Assembly (NCBI RefSeq): GCF_006345805.1
Contig: NC_043019.1
Coordinates: 11,407,360 to 11,471,359 of the forward strand
Length of the DNA: 64,000 nt
Reading direction: 5' to 3'
From: Octopus sinensis
Lineage: Eukaryota
The position numbers were made by a program, and so were the translations under genes. Of this stretch, positions 1 to 12,501 are shown one piece after another. Below the pieces are notes generated by a model. It was not told where the DNA came from. It searched no databases and was given only the letters and a program-made list of their open reading frames with translations. The stretch's first letter is position 1. Each line of letters begins with the position of its first letter.

Positions 1-197
1 TGTGTCGTAAGAAGTTTGCTTCGCAACCACATGGTTCTGGGTTCAGTCCCACCACATGGCACCTTAGAGAAATGTCTTCTACTACAGCCTCGGGCCAACC
101 AAAGCTTTGTGATGGATTTGGTAAATGGAGCTACTACTGTGAGGCAATCTCATCATCGATTGTATATGTTACACTCTTGTACACTACTTGGTACCTA

Positions 198-592
198 AAG
201 TGGCGAGCTGGCAGAATCGTTAGCATGCCGGGCGAAATGCTTAGCTGTATTCCGTCTGGTGTTATGTTGTGAGTTCAAATTCCGCCGAGGTCGACTTTGC
301 CTTTCATCCTTTCGGGGTCGATAAATTAAGTACCAGTTACACACTGGGGTCAATGTAATCGACTTAATACCTATGTCTGTCCCCTCTATGTTTAGCCCCT
401 TGTGAGTAATAAAGAAATAGGTATTTTGTCTGTCTTTACATTCTGAGTTCAACTTCTACTAAGATCAACTTTGCCTTTCATCCTTTTGGGGTCAATAAAC
501 TAAGTACCAGTTGCATACTGGGGTCAATTTATTCAACTCCACCTACCAAAACAAATTCCAGGCTTTGTGCCTAGAGTAAAGAAAAAAAAACA
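198..592 (+). mobile_element. tRNA-derived SINE family A (MetaSINE-like central domain), 2 partial units
   Basis: Head GGCGAGCTGGCAGAA..GAGTTCAAATTCC plus GCCTTTCATCCTTTCGGGGTCGATAAATTAAGTACCAG; >20 copies in window. Confidence 0.8.
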
Positions 593-1153
593 TTACTTGG
601 CATGGAGGCCTAGAGAGGCAGTCTGGTGGTGGTGTCAGGATGTGTTCAGAGATGTTCTGAACAGAACAGTCAACATCAATCTGTGATGGACAGCCACCAA
701 CACCACCACTGACATTATGTATCTGAAACAGCAGAGATTAAAATAAAGATGTGTAAATAATGTATTTACTAAACATTATTTAAATCTCTGCTGTTTCAAG
801 TTCATAAACATACTCACCTTAAGCCTGACAAGCTTTCACAAAACAAACCAGTATATCTTAGTTGATTTCTGTGTAGGAACAGAAGTTTTGGGCTGGCTCT
901 AGATGAGCAAAGCACTGAGAAGGTGAAATCAATCTGAAACACCAGAGTCTGACAGTTTGCTGTTAGCATTTGAAGCAGGTTTTTAACACACAAAGTCTCA
1001 GATGTTTTTCTCCAAGCCTAAATCCTACAACAAACATCATTCCATGTTTGTGCGTACATAAATGTTTTATAAACTGTGTAAGTATCATTACTGTTGTGTT
1101 GTTGTTATCTAACTTTATTATGACTTTACTGAAACAAGGGTCTCTATTTTCAG

Positions 1154-1246
1154 GATTGCGAAAACCTTCATTACATGTGGGTACCAATGTTGGCCATTTG
1201 TATATTGACCTACTTTATAGCCAGCTGTTTCTTCTCTCTTTACGAG
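1154..1246 (+). CDS. SLC44A-like exon (TM helix)
   Basis: ttttcag|GATTGC...TACGAG|gtgagt, 93 nt, open. Confidence 0.9.
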
Positions 1247-4200
1247 GTGAGTGTGCGGTTTGATCATCTTACCACGTAGATTCAGATTACAGGGGGTTGC
1301 CACTAGATGCTCAACAGGCAACTAAAGAGGCACGTCAGCTGCCCTGGACATACATGACAGATACAACTAGGGGTTAACTCCAACAACTTCAGACTGGAGT
1401 GCACCCTCAATGCTCTTGCTAAAGGTTGATACTCAGGAGGCAACTATCTCATGTTGGTGCAGAGATAACAGGAAATGATGATTCCATATAAGGCGGCGAG
1501 CTGGCAGAAACGTTAGCACGCCAGGCGAAATGCTTAGCAGTATTTCGTCTGGCGTTACGTTGTGAGTTCAAATTCCGCCGTGGTTGACTTTGCCTTTCAT
1601 CCTTTCGGGGTCGATAAATAAAGTACCAGTTACGCCCTGGAGTCGGTGTAATCGACTTAATCCCTTTCTCTGTCCTTGTTTGTCCCCTCTATGTTTAGCC
1701 CCTTGTAGGCAATAAAGAAATAAAAATCGTCAACACGCCGGGTGAAATGCTTAGTGGTATTTCGTCTGCCGTTATGTTCTGAGTTCAAATTCCGCCGAGG
1801 TCAACTTTGCCTTTCAACCTTTCGGGGTCGATTAAATAAGTACCAGTTATGCACTGGGGTCGATGTAATCGACTTAATCCATTTGTCTGTCCTTGTTTGT
1901 CCCCTCAATGTTTAGCCCCTTGTAGACAATAAAGAAATAAAAATCGTTAGCATGCCGGGAGAAATGCTTAGCAGTATTTCATCTGCCGTTACGTTCTGAG
2001 TTCAAATTCTGCCGAGGTCGATTTTGCCTTTCATCCTTTCAGGGTTGATAAATAAAGTACCAGTTACACACTGGGGTCGATGTAATCGACTTAATCCCTT
2101 TGTTTGTCCCCTCTGTGTTTAGCCCCTTGTGGGTAGTAAAGAAATAGGTATTTCGTCTGCTGTTACGTTCTGAGTTCAAATTCCGCCAAGGGCGACTTTG
2201 CCTTTCATCCTTTTGGAGTTGATAAAGTACCAGTTACACACTGGAGTCAATGTAATCGACTTAATCCCTTTGTTTGTCCCCTTGTGAGCAATAAAGAAAT
2301 AGGAAATGATGATCCCATTAAATATATTACATTCTTTATTTAACATCAGTCATTCCATTCTGTATTTGACATAAAGACAAATTATGGAATAATAGAATAT
2401 GTGTACCTGTGAATACTACTTTCCAATGTTCTTTATTTAACATCAGTCACTCCATTCTGTATTTGACACGTATTCTATTTCGTTATTTTCAGACAACCAT
2501 TGATAGTCTATTTGTGTGTTTCTGTGAAGACCACCTAATCAATGATGGACAAAGCCGGCCATATTTCATGAATAAAGGACTAATGGTAGGAAACACGGAT
2601 TTCTTTCTTTTACTCACAAGCAGACACATACTCGTATTACTCTTTACTCTTTTACTTGTTTCAGTCATTTGACTGCGGCCATGCTGGAGCACCGCCTTTA
2701 ATCGAGCAACTTGACCCCGGAACTTATCCTTTTGTAAGCCCAGTACTTATTCTGTCGGTCTCTTTTACCGAACTGCTAAGTAACGGGGACATAAACACAC
2801 CAGCATCGGTTGTCAAGCAATGCTAGGGGGACAAACACAGACACACAAACACATACACACACATATATACGACAGGCTTCTTTCAGTTTCCGTCTACCAA
2901 ATCCACTCACAAGGCTTTGGTCGGCCCGAGGCTATAGTAGAAGACACTTGCCCAAGGTGCCACGCAGTGGGACTGAACCCGGAACCATGTGGTTGGTAAA
3001 CAAGCTACTTACCACACAGCCACTCCTGCGCCTATGCATGCACAACATACGTAACACACACCCAGAGGGCCCCCAACACACACACACACACAGTCTCTCC
3101 CTCTGTCTTCTGCTCATTCCACCCCCACCACATGCATGCTCATGTTGGCACTCTCTCACATTCCATTCATACTAGCATGGGTTGGACGCTTTGACAGGAG
3201 CTGACCAGCTGAAGAGCTCCCTGGGCTCCAGTTGTCCAATTTGGCATGGTTTCTATGGCTTGAAGCCCTTCCTAATGCCAACCCCTTTACAAAGCATACT
3301 GGGTGCTTTTACACGACACTGGTACGGGTGCTGTTCACGTAACACCAGCACACACAAACCTGCAAGATTAAGGACCCCCAGCTGGAGCATTATATATACA
3401 ATTCTTTCCCTTCTAGGCACTAGGCCTGAAATTTTTGTGGGAGAAGACAAAGCCAACGACATTGGCACCAGTGTTCGACTGGCACTTATTTTATTGACCC
3501 TGAAAGGCTGAAAGGCAAAGTTAACCTCGGCAGGATTTGAACTCAGAATGTTAATGCAGCAAGAAATGTCCAGTGTGGCTGTGTGGTAAAAAGTTTGCTT
3601 CTCAACCACATGGTTCTGAGTTCAGTCCCACTGCATGACACCTTTGGCAAGTGGCTTTTACTATAGCCTCAGGCCAACCAAAGCCCATCATATATATGTA
3701 TCTGTGTGTGTGTGTGTCTGTCCCCTGCCACTGCTTGACAACCATTTGGTGTGTCTACATCTCCATAACTTAATGGTCTGGCTAAAGAAATTGGTAGAAT
3801 AAATACTAGGCTTAAAAAATAAAATACTAGTGCCGATTCTTTTGACTAAAAAGTCTTCCAGGTGGTGCCCCAGCATGGCCACAGTCTAATGACTGAACAG
3901 CTAATATAATCAAATTCGATGACTGGCATCTGTGCTAGTGGAGCGCTAAGAGCACCATCTGAGCGCGATCGTTGCCAGAGCAGCTAACTGGCTTCCGTGC
4001 CGGTGGCATGTAAAAAGCACCATTCAAGCGTGATCGTTACCAGCGTCGCCTTACTGGCACTTGTGCTGGTGGCATGTGAAAAAACATTTGAGTGAGATCG
4101 TTGCCAGTGCCACTGGACTGGTCTCCTGGGCAGGTAGCACGTAAAAAAAACACCATTTGAGCGTGGCCATTGCCAGTACTGCCTGACTGGCCCTCGTGCT

Positions 4201-4483
4201 GGTGGCACGTAAAAGCACCCACTACACTCTCGGAGTGGTTGGTGTTATTGGAGACTGGTGCAGCCATCTGGTTCACCGGTCCTCAGTCAAATTGTCCAAC
4301 CCATGCTAGCATGGAAAGCAGACGTTAAACGACGATGATGATCTCTAATAGATAACAAGATACTATTTTTACCTATATAACAATAACTTGCATATTTCCC
4401 TTCTCTTCCAGAGCTATGTGAAAAACAGCCAAGCCAAGATGCAAGCACTTAACAAACCTACCACATCTGTACAGTCAACATGA
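1154..4483 (+). CDS. Choline transporter-like protein (SLC44A/CTL family), 3' part: exons 1154-1246, 2493-2585, 4412-4483; gene starts upstream of window
   Basis: Phase-0 GT-AG exons splice to DCENLHYMWVPMLAICILTYFIASCFFSLYE/TTIDSLFVCFCEDHLINDGQSRPYFMNKGLM/SYVKNSQAKMQALNKPTTSVQST*, matching the SLC44A C-terminal pattern (last TM helix, 'ID(T/S)LFLCFCED..NDG..PYFM'); closest to CTL1/SLC44A1 from memory. Confidence 0.9.
1491..2300 (+). mobile_element. SINE family A head-to-tail tandem array (4 units)
   Basis: Repeated ~170-220-bp units. Confidence 0.85.
2493..2585 (+). CDS. SLC44A-like penultimate exon
   Basis: ttttcag|ACAACC...CTAATG|gtagga; TTIDSLFVCFCEDHLINDG. Confidence 0.9.
2640..3033 (-). 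mobile_element. tRNA-derived SINE family B (CORE-like, similar to octopus OR-type SINEs)
   Basis: Head GGCGCAGGAGTGGCTGTGTGGTAAG..GGTTCAGTCCC, CCTTGGGCAAGT core, internal microsatellite, tail ..GACTGAAACAAGTAAAAGAG. Confidence 0.8.
3573..3900 (+). mobile_element. SINE family B, degenerate
   Basis: Same head, core and tail. Confidence 0.7.
3905..4345 (+). mobile_element. RTE-LINE 3' UTR-derived repeat (family C)
   Basis: Internal ~60-bp GTGCCGGTGGCACGTAAAAAGCACC repeats ending CCCATGCTAGCATGG..CGTTAAAC(GAT)n. Confidence 0.75.
4412..4483 (+). CDS. SLC44A-like terminal exon
   Basis: cttccag|AGCTAT...ACA TGA. Confidence 0.8.
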   Translation, partial: SYVKNSQAKMQALNKPTTSVQST

Positions 4484-4586
4484 TATACTCAGACCCCCAA
4501 TTAATAACTCTGGACCTAACGAATATTGGAATGTGGATTATTAATCTGTGATGTTTTAAATATTTCAACAGTTTTTTTCCTATTGA

Positions 4587-4592
4587 AATAAA
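4587..4592 (+). promoter_or_regulatory. Putative polyadenylation signal of SLC44A-like gene
   Basis: AATAAA ~100 nt after stop, followed by T/GT-rich tract. Confidence 0.55.
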
Positions 4593-4859
4593 AGTGATTT
4601 TGTTTGTTTTTTTTTTACTTTTGTACAAATATTTGGTTCCATTTTGTTATTTATGTTTGCACTTGTAACTATATTTCTAATCGTTTATCAATTCTCTCCC
4701 AATCTTGCAAACTCATTTGTCTGCCTTTATTTTCTTTTTTACATGTACCTTAAAGGTCCACCTGTGTTTTCCAGCTACTCTCACCCACCCTTATGTAGTG
4801 CAGGGTCGCCATGCATCTCTTCTGCTGTAAGACACCTGTTCCACTGCCTCTATAATGAT

Positions 4860-5672
4860 TTAGCCTCTTTAACATTTAAACTGACCATATAGAGCCCAAA
4901 AATATGTTTAAAGGCCTCTCACACCTACCTATTTCTTTATTGCCCTCAAGGGACTAAACACAGACAGACAAATGGATTAAGTCGATTATATCGACCCCAG
5001 TGCGTAAGTGGTACTTAATTTATCGACCCCAAAAGGATGAAAGGCAAAGTCGACCTCGGCGGAATTTGAACTCAGAACGTAGTGGCAGACGAAATACTGC
5101 TAAGCATTTCACCTGGGTGCTAACGTTTCTGCCAGCTCGCCGCCTCTCACACCTCCCATACAATCATTCTAAAAACAAAACGATTACATCATTGAAATCT
5201 CAAAGCTATGACTCTTTTACTTGTTTCAGTCATTTGACTGCGGCCATGCTGGAGCACCACCTTTAGTCGAGCAAATCAACCCCGGGATTTATTCTTTTTG
5301 TAAGCCCAGTACTTATTCTATCGGTCTCTTTTTGCCGAACCGCTAAGTGACGGGGACGTAAACACACCAGCATCGGTTGTCAAGCAATGCTAGGGGAACA
5401 AACACACACATACATATATATACATAAATACTTCGTTCAGTTTCCGTCTACCAAATCCACTCACAAGGCATTGGTCGGCCCGGGGCTATAGCAGAAGACA
5501 CTTGCCCAAGGTGCCATGCAGTGGGACTGAACCCGCAACCATGTGGTTGGTTAGCAAGCTACTTACCACACAGCCACTCCTACGCCTATATGATAATGCA
5601 TGATTAATTCCAAACAATTTGAATGAATAAACATTATGATTAACAGAACAATCTGAATGCTAAAGAGTTAAT
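4860..5672. mobile_element. TTAA-type MITE carrying nested SINE A (4927-5145) and SINE B (5210-5590)
   Basis: MITE halves match copies at 40650-40862 and 45071-45290; SINE A flanked by direct repeat GCCTCTCACACCT. Confidence 0.7.
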
Positions 5673-5728
5673 AGTGAAACAATAAGAGAATTAGTTTAAA
5701 AGTTAGATAAAAATTTAATAAAATCCAT

Positions 5729-5806
5729 TCATGCTTTTACAAATCGATGTTCCAGGTCATAGATTCCAACAGAGACACTGGCATTTTCATCGTAGTCTGT
5801 CCAGTC
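5729..5806 (-). CDS. CZIB: CZIB terminal exon
   Basis: ttctag|DWTDYDENASVSVGIYDLEHRFVKA-TGA. Confidence 0.95.
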   Translation of the reverse strand, partial: DWTDYDENASVSVGIYDLEHRFVKA

Positions 5807-6659
5807 CTAGAAAAGAATGAGAAAAGTTACGTATGCATACCTTTCAATTGCTATACACATTTTACATTCATATTATACTCTGTTTGATGCCCAATATAAG
5901 TGTACATGTGCGACAGTGTGTGTGTGTACATATATATACATACGCACATATATACATACATATATGTGTATATACACATACACACATACGCACATATATA
6001 CATACATATATGTGTATATACACATACACACATACATATATACACACATATATAAACACACACACATATATACATACACACATATATATACATACACACA
6101 CACACATATACATACACACACACACATATACATACATACACACATATACACACACACACACATACACACATACACACACACACACATACATACATACACA
6201 CATACATACATACACACACGTACATATACATACATACATATACACACACGTACATATACACACACATACATATACACACACATACACACATACATATACA
6301 CACACACACATACATACATATACACACACACACATACATACACACACATATACACACACACACACATACATACATACATATACACACACACACACACATA
6401 TACATACATAAACACACATATACACACACACACATACATATATACATACACACACGTACATACATACACACACATATACATACACACACATACACATACA
6501 CACACGTACATACATACACACACACACATATACACACATATACATACATACATACACACACACATACATACATACACACATACATATACATACATACATA
6601 CACACACGTACACACACACACATACACACACACACATAATACACCACCACCATATACAT

Positions 6660-6696
<37 letters not shown>

Positions 6697-9600
6697 TACA
6701 TACATACACACACACACATACATACACACACGTACGTACAACACACATACATACACACACACATACACACACACACATACATACACACACACATATACAT
6801 ACATACATACACACACGTACGTACCACACACACACACACATACACACACATATACACACACACACATACATACATACATACATATACATACATACACACA
6901 TATACATACATACACACATACATACATACACACACGTACGTACAACACATACACACACACACATACATACACATACATATACATACATACACACACATAT
7001 ATACACACACACATACATACACATATACACACACACACATACATACATACATACACATATACATACATACACACATATACACATATACATACATACACAC
7101 ACACATATATACACACACACACATACATACACACACACACATACATACACATATACATACACACACACACAACATACATACACACACACAACATACATAC
7201 ACACACACATACACACACACATACATACATACACACACATACACATACATACATACACACATACATACACACACACACACTATATACATACACACACATA
7301 CACACACACATATACATACACATACACACACACACACACACATACATACACACACACATACATACACACACACATACATACATACACACACACACACATA
7401 CATACATACACACACATACACATACATACATACACACATACATACACACACACACACTATATACATACACACACATACACACACATACATACACACACAT
7501 ATACATACACATACACACACACACACACACATACATACACACATACATACATACACACACACACACATACATACATACACACACACACATATATACATAC
7601 ACACATATACATACACACACACATACATACACACACACATACATGCATACACACACATATATACACACACACATACATACATATACACATACACACACAC
7701 ACACATACATACATACATACACATATACATACATACACACACACATATACATACATACACACACATATATACACACACACACACACATACATACACACAC
7801 ACACAACATACATACACACACATACATACATACACACACATACACACACATACATACACATATACATACATACACACACACATACATACACACACACACA
7901 ACATACATACACACATACATATATACATACACACACAACATACATACACACACACACAACATACATACACATACACACACACACAACATACATACACATA
8001 CACACACATACATACATACACACACATACACATACACACATACATACACACACACACACACACTATATACACACATACACATACATACATACACACACAT
8101 ACATACACACACACACATATATACATACATACACACACACATATATACATACACACATATACACATACATACACACACACACACACAACATACATATACA
8201 TACACATACATACATACACACACATATACATACACACACACACACACACAACATACATACACATACATACATACACACACACATATATACATACACACAT
8301 ATACACACACACATATACATACACACACACACATACATACACACACACACACATACACACACACACATACATACATACACATACATACATACACACACAA
8401 CACACATACACATACATACATACATACACATATACATACATACATACACACACACATATATACATACACACATACATACACACATATACATACATACATA
8501 TACACACACACACATACATACACACACACACATACACACACATATATATATATATATAACACAACACTCACACCTCCACCTAAAATGTTTATTGTTAAAA
8601 CAGTATGGTATGGCACCCACATAGGTGGAAGACCAAAAAAAGGGAAAATAAGTTGCTTGAAGCATTTTATTATGACAGAGAATGTTTTGTACTCTGTGAT
8701 GACATACATGCCTCAAAAAATGGGATAAAACCCAATCTAATTCACTTTAAGGATCGAGACAGATTTTAACTTTTAACAGGAAGAGGGAAAGAGGGAGTGT
8801 GTGTGTGTGTACTGAAGGATGACTAATAATTGCAATCATCATCTTCGTTTAATGTCCATTTTCCATGTTGACCAGTTCAACAGGGTCCAGAGGGCTGTAT
8901 CAAGCCCCAGCGTCAGCCTTGACAGAGTTTCTCTGGCTGGATGCTCTTTCTAGTGCCAGCCACTTTACAGAATGTAATGGGTGCTTTTTGCATACAGCCA
9001 GCACTAGTGGGGTTACCAAGTAACATGCCAGACAGAAAAAAGAACAAGAAAAAAAGGGAAAGGAAAAATTCCTATTACTAAGTGGAGGGGGAAAGATTTG
9101 AGAGAGGAAGGTGGCTTTATGCCAGGTGTTAAAAAGGCTCAAGTATGGTAGAGGGACCAACACAGGTGTCTTGCCATAGAGGAGATACACAACTACCCAA
9201 CATTTTATATAGGGGTGGATGGATGGAAGGAAGGAGTTGAGGAAATAAAAGGTGGTGGATTGCCCAAAATCAAGGTACAAAGGGAGCAGAAAAGAGGATA
9301 CAGACAAGGGATCAAGAGCGAAGTGGAGAAGGACGATACTTTCATTGGAGGGTAACAAATGGTTAGAGGTGGGGGTAAAGGTAAATGAAAGCACAGTAGT
9401 TAAAGTGTTAGGCTCACTATCATGATGTAGTAAGTTCAATTCACAGAGTGGGCTGTGTATTGTGTTCTTGAGCAAGACACTTTATTTCACATTGCTCCAG
9501 TTCACTCAGCTGTAGAGTTGCAATGTCACTGATGCCAAGCTGTATCGGCCCCTTTGCCTTTCCCTTGGACACCATTTGTAGTGTGGAGAGGGGAGACTCG

Positions 9601-12468
9601 TATGCATGGGTGACAAATTACCTTGCCCAGATTGTGTCTCAGAAGGGAACTTTCTATGTGCAATCCCATGGTCATTCATGACCGAAGTGGGTCTTTCCCC
9701 TTACCCTTTAAAGGTGTATGTAGTGAGTGATGAACAGGGGTGGAGGTGCAGTTGATGGGAAATATCAATATGGAAAGGGATGAGGTTCTGTAAAATCACT
9801 TACCCCTTCAGCAAACGTGATCTCTTTAAATTGCGTTGTTGACTCAGAACTTTCTCCAACAAAGCCACACTGTGAAGAGAAGAAAACAATTTCAGAATAA
9901 ACAGAGAAACTCACAACAAGAAAGAACACAACACTCGCCCATGTCCGATTTATATTATATTATATATATATATATACTCTTTACTCTTTTACTTGTTTCA
10001 GTCATTTGACTGTGGCCATGCTGGAGCACCGCCATTAATCGAGCAAATCGACCCCGGGACTTATTCTTTGTAAGCCCAGTACTTATTCTATCGGTCACTT
10101 TGCCGAACCGCTAAGTTACGGGGACGTAAACACACCAGCATCAGTTGTCAAGCAATGCTAGGGGGACAAACACAGACACACAAACACACATACATATATA
10201 CGACAGGCTTCTTTCAGTTTCTGTCTACCAAATCCACTCACAAGGCATTGGTCGGCCCAAGGCTATAGTAGAAGACACTTGCCCAAGGTGCCACGCAGTG
10301 GGACTAAACTGAGAACCATGTGGTTAGTTAACAAGCTACTTACCACACGGCCATTCCTGCGCCTATGTCTCACTACCATGCAGAATTACTGTCTGTAATA
10401 ATAATAATAATGTTCGTCCTTCGGTTTGAAGATGACCAACTGACATCATCAGATTGAACTGCCGCCATGAGACCTGTAATACTGTAATACTGTCTATATA
10501 TATATATATATATATGGACAGTATTACAGACAGTAATTCTGCATGGTAGTGAGACATGAGCCCTGAATGCAGAGGACATGTGAAGGCTAGAGAGGAATGA
10601 GGCTAGTATGCTCTGCTGGATGTGAAATGTAAGTGTACATGTGCGAGAGAGTGCTGGTGTATTGAGAGAGAAGTTAGGCACAAGAAGAATAAGATGCAGT
10701 GCGTAAGAGAGGAAACTGCTAGCTTAGTCATGTGGTGTGGATGGATGCCGACAGTTCCATAAAGAAGTGTCGATCTCTCAAAGTAGATGGAAGTGAGAGA
10801 TCTAGAAAGACATGGGACAAAGTACTAAAAGATGACCTCAGGACGTTGAACCTTTTAGGTGAGATGAGAAAGGACCGAGATCTCTGGCACTTTGCTGTAC
10901 TCAAGAAGACCTATCCTCCAAAGCAGAAGTGCTAACATCGCATCCCCTGGCAGAGTCCTGTGCCAGTGCCATGAAAGAGGTCTTGTTATTGACATTAGGA
11001 AGGGCATCCAGGTGCAGAAACCAAGCCAAATCAGACTGGAACTTGGTGCAGCTCTGGTCAAACTGTCCAATCCATGCCAGCATGAAAAACAGATATTAAA
11101 TAATAATGATGTACTTGATTCAATAGGTCTCCTCAACATCAAAATAAATATCAAATGGAAATTGTAGTTGTGATACCTGTACCGGTGGCACGTAAAAAGC
11201 ACCATCCGAATGTGGCCAATGCCAGCGCTGCCTTGACTGGCTTCTGTGCCGGTGGTACGTAAAAAGCACCAACCGATCGTGGCCACTGCCAGCCTCCTCT
11301 GGCACCTGTGCCAGTGGCATGTAAAAAGCATCCACTACACTCATGGAGTGGTTGGTGTTAAGAAGGGCATCCAGCTGTAGAAACACTGCCAGATCAGACT
11401 GGAGCCTGGTGCGGCCTCCTGGCTTCCCAGACCCTGGTCGAACCGTCCAACCCATGCTAGCAGGGAAAACAGACGTTAAACGATGATGTTAAGAGTGGGA
11501 GCGGAAGAAACAAAAATGGAGCTATAACTCACCGTGGGCTGGTAATCCACTGGTTCAATGCCGCGGCACTCAAAAGTTACCATGGAAACAAACTGGTTGT
11601 CGTTATCAATAGTGTACTTTCCTAACGACTCTTTGATGATACCTGTAACAACAACATTAACACTACAGTTTATTTTCACGGTGGACAGAAAAATACTAGA
11701 ATAGCAAAGAGGAAACAATTTCAGGCCAAATGAGGACACAATGTTGTAGCTATGAGGTGATGGTCATTAGAGGAAGGTCACCCTATGGAACTTTAATACA
11801 GATTTCCTAACCCTTTTGGTACCAGCCCCTTCCCCCCAGACCACCTTGGCTTCTGTGATACAAACTTCCTATTTTAAGAGGATCTATATAAAATTCTTCA
11901 TTAAGCTCTCATGTTAATTTATGTCCCAATTAGCAGCTTTGGTAATGACCAAGATACTTTAATCTTTTATCATTTTCAAAATTAATTGAAATAAAGAGGA
12001 TGTATTTCAACAGAAATACAAATTCATTATTTTTATACAAGAATGTAGTTGACAGTGACTTCAAAGTTTCAGCCAGCTTTGCCACTGAAGTCACTGTCAA
12101 CAACATTCTTGTATAAGAAGAATGATATATAATACATACATACATACATAAATATATATACATATAAACACATACATACATATGTATGTATATGTGTATA
12201 TATATATATATTAACACATACATATGTATATATAAGGTTAATCCAAACGGGAAAACAGAAAAAACAACAACACAAGGAGGTGGAACAATTAAAGTATTAT
12301 TATTAGGTGCTCAGGAAAAAGGGAAGAAGGAGGGTATGACGTTTCGAGCGGAGCTCTTCGTCGGAAACATAAGAGAAAGAAAGATACGGAGGAAAAAAAA
12401 ACGCGACTGGTTTTTACGAAGTAAACATGCTGAAAGGCCGGAAGTTATATATATATATATAATATATA

Positions 12469-12501
<33 letters not shown>

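Noticed and set aside
2810-3175. Recurrent short ORFs such as RLPNPLTRLWSARGYSRRHLPKVP and WYLIYRPRKDERQSRPRRNL
   Set aside because: Chance frames in multi-copy SINEs, not a gene family
5817-8728. 900+ aa His/Thr/Tyr and Cys/Val ORFs
   Set aside because: Translations of the (CA/TA) microsatellite, which lacks stop codons; it lies in a CZIB intron
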